Assembly: GCA_951812975.1 (NCBI GenBank)
Contig: CATOTC010000004.1
Coordinates: forward strand, 3,636 to 67,635
Direction: 5' to 3'
DNA from: an uncultured Acidimicrobiales bacterium
GTDB lineage: Bacteria > Actinomycetota > Acidimicrobiia > Acidimicrobiales > Aldehydirespiratoraceae
DNA: 64,000 nucleotides
Part shown: one piece after another, positions 39,932 to 49,146 of the stretch
How the letters are laid out: each line of letters opens with the position of its first letter
Numbering within the stretch: the stretch's first letter is position 1
The notes under the pieces: model-generated
What the model was told of the DNA's origin: nothing
Seen by the model: the letters and a program-made list of their open reading frames with translations, nothing else
Database searches by the model: none
Program-made: the position numbers and the translations under genes

Positions 39932-41239
39932 TCAACGTCCGATTCGCCGGTCGGGTCGGCTCCACCGCCGACTCCTGGTAGCGCGGGGCCTTCTCAGCTC
40001 CTCGAAGAGCTCGCCATAGGCCGCCGCTACACCCGTCGGCGAAGCACACCGCGACACGAACTCCCTACCCGCAGATCCCATTGCCACCAGATCAGCATCG
40101 TCGACCAGTGCCAGCACCGCCGCGGTAAACAGCGACTGGTCCTCCGCGGCGACCACGAGGCCTGCACCCTGCGACGCCACGACATTGGCCACCTCAGTGC
40201 CGGAGTCGAGCGCCGCCAACACGGGCCGGCCGGCTGCGAGAATCGAATAGAGCTTCGAGGGAACCGACGATGCCGCGAGTCCGCGACGCAGCGCAATTAC
40301 ATGCACGTCAGCGGCGGCAAGCACCTCGGCGAGCCGTTCCGCCGGCTGGAAGTCGACGAAGACGACGTTGTCGAGTCCGTCGGCGAGCGACTCGAGTTCC
40401 TGGCGCCTTGAGCCCTCACCGTTGATCACGAACACGACGTCGTCACGGTCACTCAGCTCACGGGCGGCTTCGACCATCAGTTCGAGCGGCTGAGAGAACC
40501 CCAGATTGCCCGCATACATGACCACGCTCCGAGTGCCGAGCCCGAACTCGGACCGGTAGGAGTTGTCGCGGTCCTGCGGTCGAATCCGCTCGGTATCGAC
40601 AAAGTTCGGGATCACACGGACCCTGGCGGCAGCCGATCCCGGACCCACAGTGTCGACAAGCTTCGCCTCAACGTTGCTGCGGAGATCCTCGGACAGCACG
40701 GTCACAACCGCAGACCGGCGGTACACGAACCGCTCGAGCCCCTCGAGCAGTCTGATCACGCCCCGATTCGTGATCGCTCCGAGAGCCACCGCCACATCGG
40801 GGAAGACGTCCTGGACATTGAACACAAGAGGAGCCCGACGCAACCGGGAAGTGAACCAGGCGGCCAACCCGAGCGTGAGCGGCGGCGACATCGCCAAGAC
40901 CACATCGGGGCGCCGTTTGAACAGCGAACAGAGGCCGGCCAACGCGGTGAACCCACCGAAACCCGCCGCACGCGCGGCGAAGTTGCGCTTGTTCGTGGGG
41001 AACGGATAGACGCGGCTGATCGAACCCCAAACGGTCTTCTCGGAGCGGATGATCCGACCCTTCCAGGCTTCATCAACCGCATGAGAGGCGTACCACGGCA
41101 GCGAAGTGACCACGTCGACTGTGTGGCCCTGTGCCACCAGACCACGAACAATCTCGCTTATCACCAACCCGGTCGGCGCGACATCGGGCTCGAAATGGGG
41201 ACAGATGATCTGAATCCGCACCTGACCAGTCTCTCTCAT
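39932..41239 (-). CDS. GT4-family glycosyltransferase
   Basis: GT-B fold pattern with a C-terminal E(x7)E-like region. ATGA start/stop overlap with the upstream GT4 (41236-41239). Confidence 0.8.
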   Translation of the reverse strand: MRETGQVRIQIICPHFEPDVAPTGLVISEIVRGLVAQGHTVDVVTSLPWYASHAVDEAWKGRIIRSEKTVWGSISRVYPFPTNKRNFAARAAGFGGFTALAGLCSLFKRRPDVVLAMSPPLTLGLAAWFTSRLRRAPLVFNVQDVFPDVAVALGAITNRGVIRLLEGLERFVYRRSAVVTVLSEDLRSNVEAKLVDTVGPGSAAARVRVIPNFVDTERIRPQDRDNSYRSEFGLGTRSVVMYAGNLGFSQPLELMVEAARELSDRDDVVFVINGEGSRRQELESLADGLDNVVFVDFQPAERLAEVLAAADVHVIALRRGLAASSVPSKLYSILAAGRPVLAALDSGTEVANVVASQGAGLVVAAEDQSLFTAAVLALVDDADLVAMGSAGREFVSRCASPTGVAAAYGELFEELRRPRATRSRRWSRPDRRIGR

Positions 41240-42366
41240 TCGCCTCGACTGTGGGCCTCGCGCCAAGCCCCGATCAACCGTCGCGCAGAAACAGCCGGGG
41301 CGTAGGCTTCGGCCCGGACCCGGCCCGCAGCACTCAATCGATCGGCCAAAGACCGGTTTGCAACGATCTCATCGATTGCGTCAGCCCACCCGTCCGGGTC
41401 ATCGACGTCGAGCAGCAGTCCGGCACCGGCCACGACTTCAGGCATCGCGCTGTTGTCGCCGGCGATCACAGGAGTGCCTGCATGCATCGCCTCGAGCAGG
41501 GGCAGCCCGAACCCCTCATAGCGCGACGGAAAAGCCAGCACATCCGCCCGTCGGGTCAATGCCGACAACATCGATCCACTGACGCGGCCAAGGCGCAACA
41601 CCCGGGCCCGCAGGTGGCGCAGCTTCGACGCGACCAGGGCCTCGGCCCGGCCCTGACCACCGGTCAGCACCAGGGTCAGGTCATCTCCGCGATCAGCCAG
41701 GCGGTCGACCGCCTCGAGCAGAACCAGATGGTTCTTGTGGGGATGGGTAGCAGCCGGATACAGGACCACCGGTCCCGAGCCGAGCCGATCCGCCAGACCG
41801 TCTACAGCGAGCGATTCTGTATCCTCGGCGTCGCCCCGCTGTGGACTCCAGGTGGACGACACCACCCGAACCTTGTCCGGGTTGACACCGAGCCGTTCGA
41901 CAACCGACTGAGCGACCCAGGCAGAGGGAGTGCAGATCAGCGATGCAGCCGCCGCGGACCGTTGCACCGCCCAGGAGAGGTACTGCCGTTTCGCGCGGCT
42001 GAAGTTCGCAGGCATGTCCAGGGGTTGCAGGTCGTGGATCGTCACAACGGCACGCGGGTTTCGTAGCGCGGGCAGGCGCCCGCCGAAGTGGTGCACCACG
42101 TCCGCGTTTCGGGTTGCTCGGTGAACCTGCGTCGATTCCGCCAGAATCCGGTATCCACGGATACCCACAGGACCCGCGACAACCGAGAACGGCAGGGTCG
42201 CCATCCAAGGATAGCTCTGTGTCAGACGCTTCGAAGCGACGATCCTCAGTGAAATGTCCTCAGGTGCGGCGCTGAGGACCGAAGCGAGCAGGCGGGTGGT
42301 GTACTCCTCGCTCCCACCAACATCGCCAGGCACCAGCCAGGCGAGATTCACAGCAACCGAGATCAC
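41236..42366 (-). CDS. GT4-family glycosyltransferase
   Basis: FPSRYEGFGLPLLEAM motif. GTGA overlap with the upstream GT4 (42363-42366). Confidence 0.85.
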   Translation of the reverse strand: MISVAVNLAWLVPGDVGGSEEYTTRLLASVLSAAPEDISLRIVASKRLTQSYPWMATLPFSVVAGPVGIRGYRILAESTQVHRATRNADVVHHFGGRLPALRNPRAVVTIHDLQPLDMPANFSRAKRQYLSWAVQRSAAAASLICTPSAWVAQSVVERLGVNPDKVRVVSSTWSPQRGDAEDTESLAVDGLADRLGSGPVVLYPAATHPHKNHLVLLEAVDRLADRGDDLTLVLTGGQGRAEALVASKLRHLRARVLRLGRVSGSMLSALTRRADVLAFPSRYEGFGLPLLEAMHAGTPVIAGDNSAMPEVVAGAGLLLDVDDPDGWADAIDEIVANRSLADRLSAAGRVRAEAYAPAVSARRLIGAWREAHSRGE

Positions 42367-43460
42367 CGGCTCACCTCGTCGTAGACCGCGGCGATACCCT
42401 CGGCAGTGCGTGCCCAAGACATGGCCCCGGCCCTCTCAAAAGCCGCGGCCCCAAACTCCTCACGCAGCTTCACATCGCTCACGAGTGAATCAATGCCCGC
42501 GGCAATCGAGTCGACGTCAGTCGGGTCGACCAGCACACCGGCCGAGCCCGCGACCTCACCGGTGGCGGTACCGGCGCTAGTGACAACCGCGGTACCCTGA
42601 GCCATCGCCTCGAGCACCGGCATGCCGAAGCCCTCCATGAGACTCGGGTAGACGAACACATCGGCCAGGTCGTAGAGGACACTGAGCTCGTCGCTCGGAA
42701 CCTGGCCGAGGTGACGCGCCTCGACTGTTGAGTTGGCAATCAACTCATTCAGATCCAGGCCCCAGCCACCAGGACCCACCAGCAGCAACGGCAGGCGCGT
42801 CCCGCTTCGGGCCACAGCTGAGATCAAAGACTCGAGGTTCTTCCGGGGTTCCGCAGTGCCGACCCACAGCAGGAACCTCGAAGGCAGACGGTAACGGAGC
42901 CGCACATCGTCACGCGCCTGTTCGCTGACCGACCTCGCGGACACACCCCACGGCACTACACGCAGCCGGTCGGCGTCCAGGCCGTGAGAAACGCAATCCT
43001 CCAACGTATGCCGCGACGGCACCACGACGAGCCCGGCGTGGCGCTTCGCCAGCGCCCAGGCGCGGCTCATGAAAGCCACTCCCCGCTTGGAGAAATATTG
43101 GGGATAGCGAAGAAACGCAAGGTCGTGCACAGTCACGACCAAGGCGGCATCACCAGCCGGCGGAACCACCCCTCCGGTTGCGTGGACAACGTCGAGTCGT
43201 CCTGTTGAGGCCTGGATGCTCGGCCTGCGAACCCGATGCCAGGCCTCGTACAAAACAACACGGGGCAGACCCATGTGACAAACCTCGACGGGCGGTACTG
43301 CCAAGACGTTGGGCGGGCCTCTGTGCGCGGCAGCTACTCCGACAACCTCCCAGTCGGTGCGCTGCGCCAAAGCCTCCAGACTGCGGACTGCGGAGGCAGC
43401 CGTGCCTCCTGGAACACGATGCCAGCATTGTTCGACGACGGCACCGACACGACCCCCCAC
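42363..43460 (-). CDS. GT4-family glycosyltransferase
   Basis: YPSLMEGFGMPVLEAM motif. The start lies 3 nt after the histidine kinase stop. Confidence 0.85.
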   Translation of the reverse strand: MGGRVGAVVEQCWHRVPGGTAASAVRSLEALAQRTDWEVVGVAAAHRGPPNVLAVPPVEVCHMGLPRVVLYEAWHRVRRPSIQASTGRLDVVHATGGVVPPAGDAALVVTVHDLAFLRYPQYFSKRGVAFMSRAWALAKRHAGLVVVPSRHTLEDCVSHGLDADRLRVVPWGVSARSVSEQARDDVRLRYRLPSRFLLWVGTAEPRKNLESLISAVARSGTRLPLLLVGPGGWGLDLNELIANSTVEARHLGQVPSDELSVLYDLADVFVYPSLMEGFGMPVLEAMAQGTAVVTSAGTATGEVAGSAGVLVDPTDVDSIAAGIDSLVSDVKLREEFGAAAFERAGAMSWARTAEGIAAVYDEVSR

Positions 43461-43463
43461 CGT

Positions 43464-45677
43464 CTAGCTGGCCTCAGCCGAGTCGGTTTGTTCGGATGGA
43501 CCGCCGGCAGGCCCCTCCGACAGTTCTTCAGGCATCCCCGTAGGCAGGGTGATGAGCATTTCGGTGTACTCGCCGATCTTGGAGTCAACGTTGATGGTCC
43601 CGCCATGCTGGCGAACTATGTCGCTCGATATCGCAAGACCGAGCCCGGTGCCGCGATCCGTTGGTTTCGTTGTGAAGAACGGGTTGAAGATCTTGTCGGC
43701 CACATCGGGGGGAATGCCGTTGCCGTTGTCCTTGATCCGAATCTCAACCTGCTCGTCTGTGCGTCTGGTGCTGAGCCAGAGCATCGGCGAATACGACGCT
43801 CCATAGGGTTCGTCCTCCTCAGTCGCACCCCAGATCTCGCGACGTTTCTCGTCGGTGGCGTCACAGGCATTCCCGACCATGTTGAGGAACACTCGACTCA
43901 GGTCTCGGGGAATGACCCGCATCTCACCCACATCCGGGTCGAGGTCGTGTTGCAGATCAAGCTGGAACTCCGAATCGGTGGCGCGAGCTGAGTGGTAGGC
44001 CAGACGGGCGTGCTCCTCCAGCAGGTTGTTGATGTCGGCCATCTGCCACTCACCCGTGTCGCGGCCCATCGAGAGCATGTCGGTGACGATCCGGTTGGCA
44101 CGGTCCCCATGTGAACGAATCCGTTCGAGATTGCCGCTCAGATCACCCTTTATCTCAGCGATCCACGACCTCTGCTCCTCTGAGATGCCGTCGCCGATCT
44201 CTTCAAGAATCTCGTTCAGTTCTTCGATCAGCTCCTCTGACGCCTCCGAGAAGTTCTTCACAAAGTTCAGGGGATTCTTGATCTCGTGTGCGACACCTGC
44301 GGTGAGCTCACCGAGCGCCGCCAACTTCTCACGCATGACGATCTGGTCCTGCGCGCGCTGCAAGTCCTCGAGCACCTCCTCGAGCTGAGCGTTCTTCTCC
44401 TGCAGTTCCTCGGCCATCTTCTCGACCAGGTTGAGACGTTGAACCTCAAGGGCGTGCCGCCGGAACACCTCCAGGGCCGCGGCCATGTCCGCCACTTCGT
44501 CGCGTCCCCCCACATCGGCGGTGAGCTCCAAGTTGCCTCCGGCCATACGCCGCATCCAGTCCGAAAGGCGGGCCAGACGACGCAGCAGCATCCGTCCGAT
44601 CTGATAGATGATCAGCAGACCGCCACCGATGCTTATCCCGCTGATTATCAACAGCAGCAGCCGGCCGGTCAGTATCGCATCCTCCGATGCCGCGGTCGCT
44701 TCCTGAACACTGTCCTCCGCGGCGCTGACCAGCGAATTCACATTCTCGAGAAGATCTGCCGCGACCTCTCGGCTGCGCTGCAGCAGTTCCTCCTGGGACT
44801 GCAGCAGTCGAAGCTCAGACTCGCGCAGGTCGAATCCGCCCTGTTCACCCCCCAAGATGAACAATCGTTCGAACAGCAGGTCGAAATCATCGGCTAAGAG
44901 CGGATCGCTCTCCCTCAGCTGGGAGATGCTCCGCTGGATCCGTCCGGCCGCCGCCTCGAACCGCTCGCGCAGCGGCTCAATGGTCGACGCGTCCGACAAT
45001 CCGAAGGCGCTCGCCAGCAACTGGGTCGAGATGTTGGCGTTGGCCTGCAGCTCGGCCAGGAAGCGGTACTTTCGGATCTCTTCCTCCGAAAGGTGCTCAG
45101 CGCGCGAACTGGGCGGCTCCTCGACGTCTTGATAACCCGTCAACAAGAAGAAGAACTGATCGTCGAGAGCCGGGATGAGAGCCGCGTCGATCTCAGCGCG
45201 CAGTCCATCGAGCTGTGCCTGGAGGTTCGACTTCAGGTCATCAAGCTGGAACAGCTCGACCCGATCAAACTTGATCTCCTCGATGTTCGAGCGGAGGGTG
45301 ACCCCGAGACCTCGGACCAGCTGATTCTGGCCAGGCCTCGTGGCCGTAGACTCCAGAACCACCAGCCCCGAATCGAACGCCGCGTACGTCTCGTTGATGT
45401 CCTCAACGACGGCGTCAAGGTCCTCCGGCGTGGCCGCGACGATGCGCGGCGCAGCCGCAACCAACTCGCCGCTGTACTGGGCGACGCTGAACGCCACCGC
45501 CATAGCCGGGACACTGCCCTCGTTGACCCGCTCCTGAACGTCACCCACCCGATTAATGGAGAACCAGCCGACAAGACTGGCTGCGACGGTCAGCACCACC
45601 GCCGCGCCGATCGCCGAATACAGGCGGGTCGAGATGCGGAAACGGCTCTCCGCGATTCGTCGGAACCAGTCTCTCAC
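43464..45677 (-). CDS. sensor histidine kinase (two TMs, about 300-aa extracytoplasmic helical domain, HAMP, HisKA, HATPase_c)
   Basis: H-box AGVAHEIKNPLNF, N-box NMVGNACDA, G-boxes DNGNGIP and GTGLGL. Confidence 0.9.
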   Translation of the reverse strand: MRDWFRRIAESRFRISTRLYSAIGAAVVLTVAASLVGWFSINRVGDVQERVNEGSVPAMAVAFSVAQYSGELVAAAPRIVAATPEDLDAVVEDINETYAAFDSGLVVLESTATRPGQNQLVRGLGVTLRSNIEEIKFDRVELFQLDDLKSNLQAQLDGLRAEIDAALIPALDDQFFFLLTGYQDVEEPPSSRAEHLSEEEIRKYRFLAELQANANISTQLLASAFGLSDASTIEPLRERFEAAAGRIQRSISQLRESDPLLADDFDLLFERLFILGGEQGGFDLRESELRLLQSQEELLQRSREVAADLLENVNSLVSAAEDSVQEATAASEDAILTGRLLLLIISGISIGGGLLIIYQIGRMLLRRLARLSDWMRRMAGGNLELTADVGGRDEVADMAAALEVFRRHALEVQRLNLVEKMAEELQEKNAQLEEVLEDLQRAQDQIVMREKLAALGELTAGVAHEIKNPLNFVKNFSEASEELIEELNEILEEIGDGISEEQRSWIAEIKGDLSGNLERIRSHGDRANRIVTDMLSMGRDTGEWQMADINNLLEEHARLAYHSARATDSEFQLDLQHDLDPDVGEMRVIPRDLSRVFLNMVGNACDATDEKRREIWGATEEDEPYGASYSPMLWLSTRRTDEQVEIRIKDNGNGIPPDVADKIFNPFFTTKPTDRGTGLGLAISSDIVRQHGGTINVDSKIGEYTEMLITLPTGMPEELSEGPAGGPSEQTDSAEAS

Positions 45678-46978
45678 CGCGGCATCTCCGTGAGTGCGTC
45701 GAGCGGGCGATACTCGCCGTTCTCGTCGATGATCGACCAGAACACCTGGTCCGAACCCTGGTTGTCCTGATCTCCATAACTCAGCATGAACCCGTCGATG
45801 TCTATGGGTTCTGAAGAAGCGAAGCGTTCCGAGAAGCAGCCCCTGTCAACGGTCGCCCCGCAGCTCTGCAGACCAGCGATGGCCAGACGGCCCGCAAGAT
45901 AGCCCTCGAGGGAGACGAACCCCGGCACGCCGTTCGGGTTGTAGGCCTCCAGGGCGTCGAGGTAGCTCGCCACGACTGGAACATCCGCGTCGGTCGGGAA
46001 GGGCACAACCTGGGTGGTCAGGACTCCGGCACCGTCGGGACCCAACTCCTGTGCCAACGCATTGCTGCCGACGAACGAGATGGTGACGAACACCGCGTCC
46101 ATTCCCATCTCGCGTGCCCAGCGGATAAACCATGCGACCGGTTGGTAGGCCCCGATCACGATCACCCCTTCGGGGTCGCCCTGCTTGAGATCCAGCAGTC
46201 CCGTCTTGACCGCGGTCGTGTTGCGCGGGTACAGGCCCACAGACACCGCCTCCATCCCACGGCGCTCGAGCGCGGCGCGCGCGCCGTTGTATCCCGCCCG
46301 TCCGAAGGAGTCGTCCTGGTACATGACGCCTATCCGGTCGATACCCAACTCTGAGACGAACCGTTCCACCATTTCTTCGGTCTCCTGGTTGTAGGAGGCC
46401 CGCAGGTTGATCACATTGGTTTGTTGGGGGTCCCGCAGGAACGCGGCACCGGTGAAGGGAGCGATGTAGGGAATGTCGGCAGCCGTCGCTACGGGCACGG
46501 CAGACCGCGAGGTGGGTGTACCGACCGCACCGATCAAGGCGAACACATCACCCGAATTGATCAACTGCTGGGTGTTGTCGATGGCAGCCTCGGGTTCGTA
46601 GGCATCGTCGTAGGAGATGAGTTCAAGACGTCTCCCATGGACTCCACCGGTCCGGTTAACCTCCTCGAAAGCCGCCGCGATGCCCAGGCGCATCCCGTCA
46701 CCGAGATCTCGGGCAGGACCGGTGAACGCCGCTGACTGACCGAAGACGACAAGATCGTCGTGGACCCCGGGTGTTGCGTCCGATCCGAGTCCGCCCGGGT
46801 CGTCAGGAGACGTCTCCTCACCGAGGTCCGGCGTCGAACCGGTCGATTCGGTTGTAGAAGTGGTTCCGTTACCGGAGCCGGGGACATCAGACGACGAGGA
46901 GCAAGCGGAAATGCACAGCGCCAAGACCAGGAACAGAACGGCGAGCTTGCGTGTCGAAGAGCAGCGATTCTTGCGCAT
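45674..46978 (-). CDS. lipoprotein, type-I periplasmic binding protein (LivJ/AmiC-like)
   Basis: Lipobox LCISAC and a Ser/Thr/Gly-rich linker. The body resembles branched-chain amino acid/amide binding proteins. Its stop overlaps the kinase start (GTGA). Confidence 0.8.
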   Translation of the reverse strand: MRKNRCSSTRKLAVLFLVLALCISACSSSSDVPGSGNGTTSTTESTGSTPDLGEETSPDDPGGLGSDATPGVHDDLVVFGQSAAFTGPARDLGDGMRLGIAAAFEEVNRTGGVHGRRLELISYDDAYEPEAAIDNTQQLINSGDVFALIGAVGTPTSRSAVPVATAADIPYIAPFTGAAFLRDPQQTNVINLRASYNQETEEMVERFVSELGIDRIGVMYQDDSFGRAGYNGARAALERRGMEAVSVGLYPRNTTAVKTGLLDLKQGDPEGVIVIGAYQPVAWFIRWAREMGMDAVFVTISFVGSNALAQELGPDGAGVLTTQVVPFPTDADVPVVASYLDALEAYNPNGVPGFVSLEGYLAGRLAIAGLQSCGATVDRGCFSERFASSEPIDIDGFMLSYGDQDNQGSDQVFWSIIDENGEYRPLDALTEMPR

Positions 46979-46996
46979 CTCCGTCTCGATATCGGT

Positions 46997-47401
46997 CTAG
47001 CTCTTCGGAGTCGTCATGGTCAGGTGGTTCCTGCCTGGTTCCCGCCGATAGTTGACATCGTCCATCATTGTGCGCACCAGGTGCACCCCCAGACCCCCTA
47101 CATGGCGGTCTTCAATAGATCCCGTGGTCTCCGGCTCGGGGGCATCGGTCAGAGGGTCGAACGCCACTCCATTGTCCGAGATCGCGATCGAGATGAGATC
47201 GTCGCTCGATGTGACCGTCACATCGATTTCTGCATGCCCCTGTTGGCCCCCGTGAGTCATGACGTTGATCACCAACTCCTCGAGCACGAGGTTGACCTTG
47301 AAGACGACTCCATCAGGCCAGCCCTGCTGTTCAGCGAATTCCTCCACCGCGGCCGCCATCCGCTCAAGTTCTGCACGATCGCTGCCCAACTCGAGAGACA
47401 A
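46997..47401 (-). CDS. anti-sigma-factor-type Ser/Thr kinase (RsbW/SpoIIAB-like HATPase_c)
   Basis: 134 aa. N-box EELVINVMTHG, G1 DNGVAFDP, G2 GGLGVHLV. Confidence 0.8.
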   Translation of the reverse strand: MSLELGSDRAELERMAAAVEEFAEQQGWPDGVVFKVNLVLEELVINVMTHGGQQGHAEIDVTVTSSDDLISIAISDNGVAFDPLTDAPEPETTGSIEDRHVGGLGVHLVRTMMDDVNYRREPGRNHLTMTTPKS

Positions 47402-47408
47402 GACGGCG

Positions 47409-48584
47409 CTAATGATCTCGTCCTCCTGCTCGCAGCGTCATACAGGTGATGTCATCGGACTGCGCCGCATCGCCGGCGAACTCCATCACCGCGTCGAAGA
47501 TGAAATCGTTCACGGCGCGTGCCTCGGACGGGCGGGACTCCGAGAAGAGACTCTCGAGGCGCTCCATACCGAATTCCTCTTCGTTCTCATTCATGGCTTC
47601 GGTCACGCCGTCGGTGTACAGGATCACATTGTCGCCGGGTGAGAGCGTGATGCTCGACTGTGCATACTCCATGCCTGGCACCAGACCCAAGGCAACACCC
47701 CCGGTGAGGGGCAACCGGGTGGCGTTGCCGTCACTGTCGATCACGACCGGAGTGTTGTGGCCGCCGTTGGCGAACGTCAGCTTGCGTGTCGACGGGTCGT
47801 ACACGGCGTATATGAGAGTCACGAACATTGCTGTCTCGTTGTCCTCGCACAACAGGTCGTTGACCTCCTTCAACACCTCCCCGGGCGTGCCGAGGCCTAT
47901 CGCGGCCCCTTTCAGCAGAGTGCGGCTCGACATCATGAACAACGCAGCCGGAACACCCTTGTCGGACACGTCGGCGACTGCCAGGCCGAGCACCCCTCCT
48001 TCGAGGCGCATGACATCGAAGAAGTCCCCGCCCACCGAACGCGCCGGTTTCATGCTGGCGAATACCTCGTAGGAGGGATCCTGGGGAAAGCTCTTGGGCA
48101 GGATCGACTGCTGCATCTGCGAGGCGACGCTGAGCTCGTTCTGCAATGCCACGAGCCGATCACGCGCGCCGAGGGCGTCTCGCCACTCCAGGAGCTGTTG
48201 CAATGTTCGATCTATGGTGAGTTTCAGGTCGTCGAAATCCACCGGCTTGGTGACGAAGTCGAACGCCCCCCGATTCATCGCAGTGCGGATGTTCTTCATG
48301 TCGCCATAGGCGGAGATGATCACAGACCGGATATTGGGATTGACCTTGGGGATCTGGTCGAGCAACGCCAACCCGTCCATCTTGGGCATGTTGATGTCCG
48401 ACAGGACGATCACGATCTCGTCGTCCTCCCGCAGGCGCTCGAGTGCCTCAACACCGTTCTGAGCAAACACGAACTGATACTGGCCGGAACGCACGTAGCG
48501 ACGCATCCGCTGTTGGACGAGTGGCTGCAGGTCCGGCTCATCGTCTACTACCAGAATCTTATAGGGGGGTTGTATGCCGCTCAT
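47409..48584 (-). CDS. response regulator receiver fused to a PP2C/SpoIIE phosphatase (RsbY/RsbU-like)
   Basis: REC (ILVVDDEPD, LSDINMPKMDG) plus PP2C blocks (GGDFFD, LAVADVSDKG, LYTDGVTEA). ATG 48584 is preferred over TTG 48599. Confidence 0.85.
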   Translation of the reverse strand: MSGIQPPYKILVVDDEPDLQPLVQQRMRRYVRSGQYQFVFAQNGVEALERLREDDEIVIVLSDINMPKMDGLALLDQIPKVNPNIRSVIISAYGDMKNIRTAMNRGAFDFVTKPVDFDDLKLTIDRTLQQLLEWRDALGARDRLVALQNELSVASQMQQSILPKSFPQDPSYEVFASMKPARSVGGDFFDVMRLEGGVLGLAVADVSDKGVPAALFMMSSRTLLKGAAIGLGTPGEVLKEVNDLLCEDNETAMFVTLIYAVYDPSTRKLTFANGGHNTPVVIDSDGNATRLPLTGGVALGLVPGMEYAQSSITLSPGDNVILYTDGVTEAMNENEEEFGMERLESLFSESRPSEARAVNDFIFDAVMEFAGDAAQSDDITCMTLRAGGRDH

Positions 48585-48668
48585 GGCGTTCTGCTCCAAC
48601 TATTGAGATCAACCTCGGGCACGCAACGTTTCCCGGAGTATTTCGGCGGCCGTCAAGTCAAGCGGAAC

Positions 48669-49007
48669 TCACAGCCCGAGGCCGGACACAGCTTCGCCCG
48701 TGTCTGCGTACACAGGCACGATCTTGTCGAAACCGCTGATCTCAAACACTTCTCGGATCGAGTCCGACAGTGAACAGACAGCCAGCTTGGCGTTCTTTTG
48801 TTGAAGTGTCTTGGCAACAAGGAGAACCACGCGGAGACCAGCACTACTGATGTACGACAATCCCTCGAAGTCCAAGACCATCGACTCGCCATCGGCGCCG
48901 ATACTGGCCTCCAGGCCTTCATGGAAGTCACGAGCGTTGGCGCCGTCAACCCGGCCGACCGCCTTGACGATCACCGCTCCACCCGTATTGTCACTTGTTA
49001 ATTCCAT
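48669..49007 (-). CDS. STAS-domain anti-sigma-factor antagonist (RsbV/SpoIIAA-like)
   Basis: 112 aa with a conserved phosphorylatable serine context LSYISSAGLRV. Confidence 0.85.
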   Translation of the reverse strand: MELTSDNTGGAVIVKAVGRVDGANARDFHEGLEASIGADGESMVLDFEGLSYISSAGLRVVLLVAKTLQQKNAKLAVCSLSDSIREVFEISGFDKIVPVYADTGEAVSGLGL

Positions 49008-49057
49008 TAGGTTTCATTCCCTCATATCGCCGGACTGACGATCGGCTGGATTGCGTC

Positions 49058-49088
49058 TGGCGGCGCTCTCGTTGCCGAGTCGCCGCCA
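49058..49088 (-). other. 8-bp GC stem-loop (tggcggcg N15 cgccgcca) between amt and the STAS gene
   Basis: Read directly. No U-tract, so it could be a weak terminator or attenuator. Confidence 0.3.
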
Positions 49089-49146
49089 ATCGTACACGGG
49101 TCTGTTGACCTATGTCATGTTCGAACCAAGAAAGCCTGCCGGGCCA

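Noticed and set aside
49095-49112. tRNA-like T-loop sequence (gttcgaacc)
   Set aside because: The flanking sequence offers no acceptor, D or anticodon stems. It is an isolated match.
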